DNA of 63,128 bases, filler included, from Octopus bimaculoides (lineage: Eukaryota), in NCBI RefSeq assembly GCF_001194135.2. It is 6 parts of 5 records of this genome, joined end to end, with 100 filler letters (N's around TTAATTAATTAA, not from the genome) between each part and the next. Parts side by side here need not be neighbours in the genome. Positions count along the whole stretch, not along the records: positions 49,660 to 61,465 come from NC_068991.1; positions 61,566 to 63,128 come from NC_068991.1; 4 more parts are not named here. One strand, written 5' to 3'. Positions within the stretch are counted from its first letter, which is position 1; the number at the start of each line of letters is the position of its first letter. The position numbers were made by a program, and so were the translations under genes. Shown here piece by piece: positions 53,101-63,128 of the stretch. A model generated the notes under the pieces. That model saw nothing but the letters and a program-made list of their open reading frames with translations. It searched no databases and had not been told where the DNA came from.

Positions 53101-53732
53101 GCTATGCCTGCATCTATGTATGATGAATTTTTTTGAAGAGATTTCAAAAAGTGTGACGTATGTGACATTACACGAAATTAATTTTTTTCACCTGAATATA
53201 TTGAATTCAAACTTTGGCAGAAGGCCAGTAATTTCGGGGGAGGAGGCAAGTCGATTACATCGCTCCCCAGTGATAAAACTGGTCCCTATTTTATCGATCA
53301 CCGAAAGGATGAAAGGCAAAGATGAGCTCGGGGGAATTTGAACTCAGAAAGTAAAAACGGCGCGGTAACGATACTGCTTGCTCGCCGCCCTATTTTCACC
53401 TTGAAACATTATAATAATCCCTCGACTATCGCAGGTATTACGTTCCAAACCCCTTCGCCACTGGAGAAAATCCGCGAAGTAGAAACGATATTGTAGAGTA
53501 TATTTTTTTAAAATTATTTTTATAATTTGTATATATTTATTTTATTATAAATGCAAAACAATACCATGGAGGAATCGACGCAAGCTTAAATAATCTTTTC
53601 TACTCTAGGCAAAAGGCCCCGAAAGGATGAAAGACAAAGTTGACCTCGACGGAATTTGAACTCAGAACGTAGCGGCAGACGAAATAACACTTAGCATTTC
53701 GCCCGGCGTGCTAACAACTCTGCTACCTCGCT

Positions 53733-54104
53733 GAATAATAATAATAATAATAATNNNNNNNNNNNNNNNNNNNNNNNNNNNNNNNNNNNNNNNNNNNNNN
53801 NNNNNNNNNNNNNNNNNNNNNNNNNNNNNNNNNNNNNNNNNNNNNNNNNNNNNNNNNNNNNNNNNNNNNNNNNNNNNNNNNNNNNNNNNNNNNNNNNNNN
53901 NNNNNNNNNNNNNNNNNNNNNNNNNNNNNNNNNNNNNNNNNNNNNNNNNNNNNNNNNNNNNNNNNNNNNNNNNNNNNNNNNNNNNNNNNNNNNNNNNNNN
54001 NNNNNNNNNNNNNNNNNNNNNNNNNNNNNNNNNNNNNNNNNNNNNNNNNNNNNNNNNNNNNNNNNNNNNNNNNNNNNNNNNNNNNNNNNNNNNNNNNNNN
54101 NNNN

Positions 54105-54196
<92 letters not shown>
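53733..54196. repeat. (AAT)n microsatellite spanning a gap
   Basis: Direct reading. Confidence 0.9.
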
Positions 54197-54306
54197 CCTT
54201 TCTACTATAGGCATAAGGCCTGAAATTTTGGGGAAGGGGGCACTTGATTAGTGCGCACCTGGTACTTAATCTATCGACCCCGAAAGAATGAAAGAGAAAT
54301 TTGAAC

Positions 54307-54353
<47 letters not shown>

Positions 54354-54379
54354 GTGCATATATATATGTGTGTGTGTGT

Positions 54380-54545
54380 GTGTGCGTGTGCGCGCGCGTG
54401 TGTATACGGACTTCCGTACAATTTCTCTCTATCAAATTCATTGTCCCGTTCGAGGCGAAAGTACGAAATACTTGTCCAAGATGTCGCGCAGTGGGCCTGA
54501 ACCCGAAGCCTCGTGGTTGCAAAACGGCCTTATTTACGAAACAGC
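54380..54545 (-). mobile_element. SINE family A 5' half (further partial copies at 51860-51950 and 60115-60280)
   Basis: acttgtccaagatgtcgcgcagtgggcctgaacccgaagcc, the reverse of the family A head. Confidence 0.65.
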
Positions 54546-54767
54546 CATGCTGGTGCCTATGCTAGTTTTTCTTCAGGAAGTTTGAAAAGGAAAGAGAAAC
54601 CAGTCGGGATTGAACTGAGAAGTTAAAAATACAGAACTGAATACATTTTTCATCTTGCTAGATGCTCTACTGAGTTTACTATATATTGTATCGTGATACC
54701 CAGAGGGAGGAGGGGACAGTGAGGCTGAGAGACAGGCTGAGAAAGACAGAGAGATGCAAAGGGAAGA

Positions 54768-54806
<39 letters not shown>

Positions 54807-55099
54807 CAGAGTGTGAGTGAAAGTATGAGTAAAATATTGCATGAAATGGTAGGAGGTGAGCGAAATACAACAGTGTGCCTGGAAATAGATGTCAGAAATA
54901 TAGCGAAAAAATATTCTATAATGATAATGAAAGCGTAATTATCTCAACAACATGAACAACAACAACAATAATATTAACAACAATAACAACAAAAACAATA
55001 ATGATAATAAGAAAAGTATCACTTGACTATTAGGTTTGTTTTTACTTCTAACATCTCATATCCTATTCACACGGCCCTATTGTACATAGGTGGTATGTA

Positions 55100-55248
55100 T
55101 TACACAACCACACACGCACACATGCACACACACACACATACATATACATATATACAATATGTACATAATTATGTGCATGTTTACATGTTTATATGTATAT
55201 CTGCATATATGCGCACGCATATATATATATATATATNNNNNNNNNNCA

Positions 55249-55290
<42 letters not shown>

Positions 55291-55550
55291 CATACATGTA
55301 CGTGTGTGTTGGTGTGTATACACAGGTGTGTGAATGCATATATGTGTATTTGTATGATTGTATGGTTCAATGCGCATACACATATACCAGATAAAAGAAT
55401 TAATAAAACTTCATATCTATACATATAAATGTACATCGATAGAGATACATGCATGCACGCACACAAATATGAGCACAGCCATGTGCATGTATATATATAC
55501 ACACGTATCTATGTATATGCGTGTGTGTATACATACACGTATATCTATAT

Positions 55551-55635
<85 letters not shown>

Positions 55636-55720
55636 TATATATACAAATATATGCATATATATATTTTATATATATATATACACATACATACATATATATC
55701 TGTGTGTGTATGTGTATGTA

Positions 55721-55769
<49 letters not shown>

Positions 55770-56123
55770 GCACACATACATAAAACCTGGCATTTGAAAT
55801 TATATAATCACAAATATACAACCATTCATAGAAGTATGATATATGAAAGCCAAGCCCGTAAATGCACGCACAGAAATTAAACACATACCCGCACGCATAC
55901 ACACACATACACACACATACAGAGGCTTAAACACGCACATAAACTCACAAGTACAATAAACACATACACGCGCGAAACACAGATACAGTCGTACATGTAT
56001 ATCCGCAAAACTACAACATGTGTACACAAACAACAAAATTCATACAGAATAGCATAGACATATAGCACACATATGCACATGCAAACGTACAAAATCTAAC
56101 ACCTTTCTCTCTCTCTGTCCCTC

Positions 56124-56205
<82 letters not shown>

Positions 56206-56941
56206 TGTATGTATATTCATGAATACATACATATACCGGTATGTGCATATAAACATGAAAAAGAGCTTGACACGCAAAATGTTTTAATATATGACATGTG
56301 GTAGTTTTTACAATTTTCTTTCTTCGCTTTTTGAAATCTGAATATTTACTCGTTATAAATCAAAGTCCGAGTTTTGTGTTAGATATTTACACATGCGATA
56401 GATACAACACTCCGTTGCATGTCAACTCTTGTAGTAATAATATAAGCTCTAATTATCGCTGTATTGTGTTTTTAATCTCAAAATTCTTTAGACCAATAGC
56501 ACGAAAGAACTGATATGTTGTAAACCTGACTAATTAATCTTTTAAATACACCTAATTTGCATGAATAAAAAGATACAAACAGAAAAACAAATAAAAATAT
56601 TGAATGAAAAAGTGAAAGAGACAGAAAAAGATGCCGGTGGTGGTGTTGGGGTGAGAAATTATGAAATTTTGGCTAAACATCTTGTGTATGAGGTTGCGTG
56701 TGGCATTCTGGGAACTTTTGTTTTTGCGCTTGTGTTTTTGTCTGTTCCTCAGGATTTGGTGTTTTTGTCTTTATACGTATACATACATACACACATACAT
56801 ACATACACACATACATACATACATATATGTATGTATGTATATATATATATATATGTTTAGGTGTATATATATATATGTATGTGTGCATATATATATATAT
56901 GTATGTATGTGTGTATATATATACATATATATATGTATATA

Positions 56942-56982
<41 letters not shown>

Positions 56983-57152
56983 NNNNNNNNNNNNNNNNNN
57001 NNNNNNNNNNNNNNNNNNNNNNNNNNNNNNNNNNNNNNNNNNNNNNNNNNNNNNNNNNNNNNNNNNNNNNNNNNNNNNNNNNNNNNNNNNNNNNNNNNNN
57101 NNNNNNNNNNNNNNNNNNNNNNNNNNNNNNNNNNNNNNNNNNNNNNNNNNNN

Positions 57153-57212
<60 letters not shown>

Positions 57213-57259
57213 AACATGAATCCATATGTATGTATCAATGAATGTATGTGTATACATAG

Positions 57260-57323
<64 letters not shown>

Positions 57324-57759
57324 ATGCGTAAATATAGATACACACACGCATACACACACATATATATGTGTTAATGTATGTGTGTGCAAAATATGTGTAT
57401 ATATATTATGTGTATGTGTATTTTTGCATGCATAGATGTGTTTATATTTGTACTTGAGCGCGTATATGTATATCTGCGTCTATATATGTATATGTATCTA
57501 TTCTGATCTTTCTTGTTCCCCCCACCTCTTCCATTCCAACTTTCACTTTCACTTCTCCATTTCCTTTTGCCAATTCTTTAATTTACATATTATGTAGCCA
57601 TATTGTTACAGACACTTCTCCGTATGAGCATGCGAGTATGTTTGTGTTTTTTATGTTTGTGCGCGTGTGTGTGTTACATTTATATGCTCTGTATCTGACA
57701 CTCCTATTCATGAATTCCGTCGTTATATATATATATATATATATATATANNNNNNNNNN

Positions 57760-57813
<54 letters not shown>

Positions 57814-57960
57814 TGAGATGGAAATTGGAAATATACATATAGTTATATATATGCATATACATATATAATACATTCGTATATATTTATATATATACATATA
57901 CGTATACATACATACATACATAAATACATACATACATACATACTTACATATGTATGTATG
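55100..57960. repeat. Extended (TA)/(CA)/(TG)/(TACA) low-complexity field
   Basis: Direct reading. It is the source of many [12 protein letters not shown] spurious ORFs. Confidence 0.9.
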
Positions 57961-58830
57961 TATATTGACTGTCATTTGTGTTGCAGTTTTCTTCCTTTCT
58001 CCGTGTGAAAATGTTGTTTAACTTCGGAGAAAAATGATTTTGAAGAAAACATATTAAGGTAATTCTGATAGTCGAAAGAAAAAAAAAAGTGTTGTCTATC
58101 TATGGATGAAGTGACATGTCATTGTATGTTTTTAATTCATTCGTGTAGGAATGAAGCAGTTAGACCTATGATGGAAGGCGTTCTATCAATGACCACCCCA
58201 CATATGTTTTCTAACTTTATTCAAAGTAGGTTTTGATATTCGTTCATGTTATTTCGATTTAGGTCAGCTTTGATTTCGGTGACAGAATTTCGACTGTTCC
58301 AAATGTTGGTACAAGGCCAGCAATTTTAAGGAAGAGCTTAAATCAATTACATCGACCCTAATATTCAACAGGTACATATTTATGGACCTTAAACGGATAA
58401 AAGGTAAAGTCGAACTTCGCGGAATTTATACCAGATCGTAAAGAGTTGAAGACACGTCCTTGTCCAACTTCCTAACGACTCTATCACCTTGCCATTTAAG
58501 AAATTCCTGAAATGGAAAGCGTTCCGGCCGAGAACATCCGATCTCATTTTACAGTCATAGTAAACACAAGACTTTATTGTCCTTGATGCACCTTTCCTAA
58601 GTTAGCAGAATGTAATCTGGGGTCGATTTTGGTTGTATATTCTGGTGAATGTTACAGTAGAGGCAGGACAATGGACCCGTTTAGAGCACAACAGTTATCA
58701 GAGAAGCTCCCTTTTGCCCTCAGGTCTTCTTGTGTTGTTGCTGTTGTGAATCAATGGTACAGGACACACACAAGCACAAGGACACGCGCGCGCACACACA
58801 CATACACATACAAACACGCAAACATATATA

Positions 58831-60108
58831 CACTGACATGCAGGAAGTAAATAGACATCATTAATTTTCAAAATTTCTGATCTAAGCGTCTTAATATATT
58901 TTCAGCAGTGTAGAATTTACAATGTAATTATTCTTTTTCATTCCAGGTGCCATTATATTAAACATTTGCGAAAAGTAACAATACCACGCACAAAAAATTC
59001 AGCAGAACTGTCAGATTTTCAAAGAGGTCGTATTGTTGGCCAATCTGAGGCTGGTCTTAGCCAGCGAAAACATGCCGAAAATCTTCAAATTCCTCTTGCT
59101 ACTGTTAATTGAATTATAGTGCAATTCAAAAGCCAAGGATAAGAATCAACAGATTCTCATCACGGCCGACCTGGTCCCTCGGAAAGGAAGCTTCGCTATT
59201 TGAAGAGAATTGGGAAAAACGGACGCCTTTCGAAGGTTTCAGACATTGCAAAACAGCTAGAAGTTAGTCCAAGAACGTGCGTTACATATCTGCATAAGCT
59301 TGGGTATTATGGGTGAGCAGCTAGAAGAAAACCTCTCCTTCTACCAATTAATATCCTGAAAAGAAAGAAATAGGCTGAGAAGATGTCAGAAAAATCCAGT
59401 TCATTTTGGGATAGAGTGATTTTCTCAGATGAATTCAGATTTGCACTATTCTCAGACAGTGGACGTGTTTGGGTCTGGATATTTCCCAATCAAGAATTTG
59501 ATTAGAAACTACTCCAACCAACTGTGAAACATGGCGGCATCTCTGTAATGGTATGGGGAGCTGTCACCAGCAATGGTTGTTCTGTGCTGATCGAATGTGT
59601 TGGAACCATAAACTCTGAAAAATACATTTAAATACCTAAGCAAGGACTACTTCCGATGCATTCACACGATAACATAACGAAAAATGAGTTTTTATTCATC
59701 GAAGATGGGGCTCCATGCAACACAGCGAAAAGAAATCAACAATGGCTGACTGAAAATGGGATCAAAAAGCTTCCTTGGCCGAGCCAATCTCCTGACAGGA
59801 ACCAAATTGAAAATCTTTGGAGCATACTAGATAGAGCTATAGGAAAAAACTCGACAGAAACCTAAATCTAAAGATGAATTGTTTCGATTGTTGCGTGAAA
59901 AGTGGGCAGAAATTCCGCAAGAGACAATCACAAGGCTCATCAGCTCAATGCCAAAAGGAGTTTCTGAATTAAAAACTGCAAAGGGAATGTCAACTAAATA
60001 CTAAAGTATGTCGTTCTACCTACCGATTACATTTCAATTTTTCGCGTTGCACATTAAATAAAAGATTTTGAAAATTAAAGATGTCTATTTACTTCCTGAA
60101 TGCCTGTG
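58831..60108 (+). mobile_element. Full-length degenerate Tc1-family transposon (DD34E-like) with TIRs and TA target duplication
   Basis: TIR cactgacatgcaggaagtaaatagacatcattaattttcaaaat matches the reverse complement of 60065-60108. TA flanks at 58829-30 and 60109-10. Transposase remnants [36 protein letters not shown] and WPSQSPDRNQIENLW, with several stops. Confidence 0.93.
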
Positions 60109-60415
60109 TATACACGACAGTCTTCTACATACAATCCATCTACCAAATTCATTCACAAGGCATCGGTGTCTCTCAGGAAATATAGTGGAAGACACTTCTC
60201 TAAGATACCGCTCACCGAGACGGAACCCGGAACCACGGCTTTTCCCAGTGAGCTTCTTGACCATGCTGACATGCTTGCAGCCTGTTTATTTGTGTGACAC
60301 ATATATGTAACTAAGGTGATTCAGAGAAGAGAGATCGAATCTCGGTAGGAAATGCATAGGTTATATCTTGCTAAATCATAAGCTCAGTCTTTCTTTACTT
60401 ATTTCTTTCGATATC

Positions 60416-60646
60416 AGTCTCTCTCTCTCTCTCCCTTCTCTCTCTCTCTCCCTTCTCTCTCTCTCTCTATATATATCTTTCAAACTTTCTCTCTCTCCCT
60501 CTCTCTTTATCTGTCTATCTTTCTCTATCTCTCTTTCAAACTCTCACACTCTCTCTATCTCTCTTTCAAACTCTCACACTCTCTCTATCTCTATTCCTAT
60601 ATCTCTTTCAAACTGTCTGTCTGTCCGTCCGTCCGTCCGTCCGTCC

Positions 60647-60687
<41 letters not shown>

Positions 60688-60729
60688 GCTGTTTCTCTCT
60701 CTCTCGCTGTTTCTCTCTCTCTCGCTGTT

Positions 60730-60760
<31 letters not shown>

Positions 60761-60879
60761 CTCTCTCTCTTTCAAACTCTATCGCTCCCTCTATCTCTGT
60801 TCCTATATCTCTTTCAAACTGTCTGTCTGTCCGTCCGTCCATCCGTCCGTCTGTCTCGCTGTCTGTCTCTCTCTCTCTC

Positions 60880-60930
<51 letters not shown>
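60416..60930. repeat. Compound CT/TCTA/CTGT/CCGT low-complexity array with duplicated sub-blocks
   Basis: The unit tctctttcaaactctcacactctctctatc is repeated, and cctatatctctttcaaactgtctgtctgtccgtcc occurs twice. Confidence 0.9.
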
Positions 60931-60934
<4 letters not shown>

Positions 60935-60956
60935 ATCTTAGCTTCTATACATTACT

Positions 60957-61275
60957 AGTGAAGGCGCGTAGTTTAGTGGTTAGGGAATTCGGTTCATTAT
61001 CGTAATGTCGTGAGTTCGCATTGTGTTCATGAACAGAACACTCAAATTCACGCTGCTCTAGTCTACTCTAAAGGCAAAAATGTGTACTAGATGTAGTAGA
61101 AAGAGCCGATTTTGTCACATTCTGTGTCACGCTGAACCTCTGTGAAAACTACGTTAAGGGTTTGCACATTTCTCTGGATTACTCAGCCACTTACACGTTA
61201 AGTTCACGAGCAGGCTGTTCCGTTGATCAGATCAACTGGAATGCTTGCCATCTTACTCAACGGTGCCCCAGAATA
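60957..61275 (+). mobile_element. Diverged SINE sharing the family C body
   Basis: Head gtgaaggcgcgtagtttagtggttaggg; body cacgagcaggctgttccgttgatcagatcaactgg matches about 19690-19735. Confidence 0.75.
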
Positions 61276-61697
61276 TATTCCTGTTTCTATTATTCTCTGT
61301 GTCTCATCCTCTTACTATTCTTCCAGTGTAACCATTAGTCTAATATTTTGTGTATACATTTATGATTTCTGCGTACGGTTACTATCTATCTATCTATCTA
61401 TCTATCTATCTGCTTGTCTGTCTGCCTATCTCCTTCTCCCTCTCTGTACATATATTTATATATATNNNNNNNNNNNNNNNNNNNNNNNNNNNNNNNNNNN
61501 NNNNNNNNNTTAATTAATTAANNNNNNNNNNNNNNNNNNNNNNNNNNNNNNNNNNNNNNNNNNNNTATATATATATATATGTATATATATACGTGTGTAT
61601 ATATATGTATATATACACACGCACACACATATGTATATATATCTGTATACATATGTATATATATACACACATATATCTGTATATATATATGTGTGTG

Positions 61698-61739
<42 letters not shown>

Positions 61740-61822
61740 CATGTGCATGTATGCATAAACACACACACACACACATATATATAACACGCGTACCCTTACG
61801 GTTCTCGTTGTTCTTTCAACAG

Positions 61823-61997
61823 CATCCGCAATACAGTCGTGAAATTAATCGGCCTAATGATATTGCCTTGATAAAAATGGTTACCAGAGTAAAAATGAAC
61901 TGGAAGATACATCCTGTGTGCTTGATAAATTACGAGAAACCTAACTGGATCACTGACTATTCTGATTGCTGGATTACTGGATGGGGTGATACAAGAC
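61823..61997 (+). CDS. Internal coding exon of a trypsin-family (S1) serine protease
   Basis: Translates HPQYSREINRPNDIALIKMVTRVKMNWKIHPVCLINYEKPNWITDYSDCWITGWGDTR, with HPxY, NDIAL (catalytic Asp), PVCL and CWITGWG motifs. Acceptor ttctttcaacAG at 61821-61822, donor GTAAGA at 61998. Length 175 = 58 codons + 1. I did not find the His and Ser exons in the window. Confidence 0.93.
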
Positions 61998-62257
61998 GTA
62001 AGAACTTTAATGCTTTATCATTCTTAACTATTTTCTATTTCCTCAAATGCACAGTCATTAAAGTATGGTTAACAAATTTGGTTTGTATGCATGTGAATTC
62101 GGGTCCAATCCCTGTACATTGCAACTTTGTCGAGTGTCTTCTGTTACATAACATGGGATGAACAAATCCTTGTGAAGAGATTCGGTAAACGGAAATTGTA
62201 AGAAGCGCATTATGTATATATCATTAGGTCTTAAGCACCTAATTCAACTGAATCTGA

Positions 62258-62343
<86 letters not shown>

Positions 62344-62542
62344 GTCTGTCTGCCTGTCTATCTATATATGTATATATCTATCTCTCTATCTATCTATAAT
62401 AATAATATAGATTTAATCAAAAGATTAAATGTGGTACTTAAAATGTTTGTGGCACCAGAATTTGGTAGGATAAAAACCAAAAACAAAATCAAGAGATTTG
62501 GTGCATAAAATTTGAAAAAAAAAGCAACAAAAATGCATTAGG

Positions 62543-62639
62543 TTATAGCAGTACGTACGTTTCGTACAAACTTCATTTATTTATGTAGTGAGAACACCAC
62601 ATAAGATGTGCAATGAAAATGTACTCCTCAGCTGCATAA
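62543..62639 (-). ncRNA. Type I hammerhead ribozyme motif, inverted twin copy
   Basis: Reverse complement of the plus-strand motif, with identical core (CTGAGGA at 62631-62625, GAAA at 62563-62560), stems and GUA triplet. It differs only by 4 substitutions in the stem II insert. Confidence 0.8.
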
Positions 62640-62766
62640 TGGAAGTTCATTTCAGAAAGTCATTTTGTAAATGTGTGCAAATACAAGAGTAGGAGATGAA
62701 GGAAATACCATATTGACTGGGCTGTTAATCAACATTTACAAAATGACTTTCTGAAATGAACTTCCA

Positions 62767-62863
62767 TTATGCAGCTGAGGAGTACATTTTCATTGTACAT
62801 CCTATGTGGTGTTTTCACAACATAAATAAATGAAGTTTGTACGAAACGTACGTACTGCTATAA
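62767..62863 (+). ncRNA. Type I hammerhead ribozyme motif (PLE-associated)
   Basis: Stem I ttatgcag (62767-74) pairs with ctgc[t]ataa (62855-63). Core CTGAGGA at 62775-81. Stem II gtac (62782-85)/gtac (62839-42) closes a structured ~53-nt insert. GAAA at 62843-46. Palindromic stem III ACGTACGT. Cleavage triplet GUA, predicted cut after 62854. Confidence 0.8.
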
Positions 62864-63128
62864 CCTAATGCATTTTTGTTGCTTTTTTTCAAATAGAAGA
62901 GTAGCTGTCCATAAGGAACAAATAAACCTCCCTCAATACCGCCAAATTCCACTGTGGCCACATAGACTCTTGCGCCAGAAACAAAAACCCTAAATTCATT
63001 ATATTCCCTTTCTATCAATGTAAAGACAGAATCTCCACACAAGAAAGAATCAACAAGGAGAATCTTTTCATAGAGAAATTCCAACCATTTCTTAACACAC
63101 ACACCCCTCAGTGACCTTATTTCTCTAT

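Larger units (their letters stand above)
62510..63128 (+). mobile_element. Penelope-like element: inverted terminal-repeat pair followed by a GIY-YIG endonuclease C-terminal remnant; runs off the window end
   Basis: Inverted arms at 62510-62674 and 62732-62894 with a 57-nt spacer. They are followed by a frameshifted translation RRVAVHKEQINLPQYRQIPL / CGHIDSCARNKNPKFIIFPFYQCKDRISTQERINKENLFIEKFQPFLN, resembling the PLE endonuclease end (R..H, H...C, E..FI..F.P.LN). Confidence 0.75.

Noticed and set aside
56561-56780. ORF with a hydrophobic, TM-like stretch (VACGILGTFVFALVFLSV)
   Set aside because: No recognisable domain or splice signals; it runs into a microsatellite, and GT-rich DNA readily yields hydrophobic peptides.
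55023-57975. Dozens of [12 protein letters not shown] ORFs here and throughout the window, and ORFs running through X
   Set aside because: Dinucleotide repeats and N gaps lack stop codons, so these ORFs are artefacts.

Overview
This is an AT-rich, repeat-saturated animal genomic window with many N gaps. The SINE, LINE and microsatellite content points to an octopod cephalopod, probably Octopus (inference). I can support only two host-gene exons. The first is a 287-nt minus-strand Wnt exon (29053-29339, Wnt1/wingless-type, with clean AG and GTGAGT splice sites) that is absent from the ORF track. The second is a 175-nt plus-strand trypsin-family serine protease exon (61823-61997) containing the catalytic Asp motif NDIAL. 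I found no other exons of either gene, so introns are very long and the protease may lie antisense inside Wnt1. The rest is transposon debris: three mariner and one Tc1 element, three Penelope-like (PLE) fragments, CR1-, RTE- and REL-type LINE ends, Helitron/Helentron-like non-autonomous elements, several tRNA-derived SINE families and microsatellites. The most notable structure is a ~165-bp near-perfect inverted repeat (62510-62894) next to a PLE GIY-YIG remnant. Each arm carries an intact type I hammerhead ribozyme core, one per strand, just downstream of the protease exon. Three decayed hammerhead-like motifs occur elsewhere. All calls come from reading and translating by eye; no searches were run.
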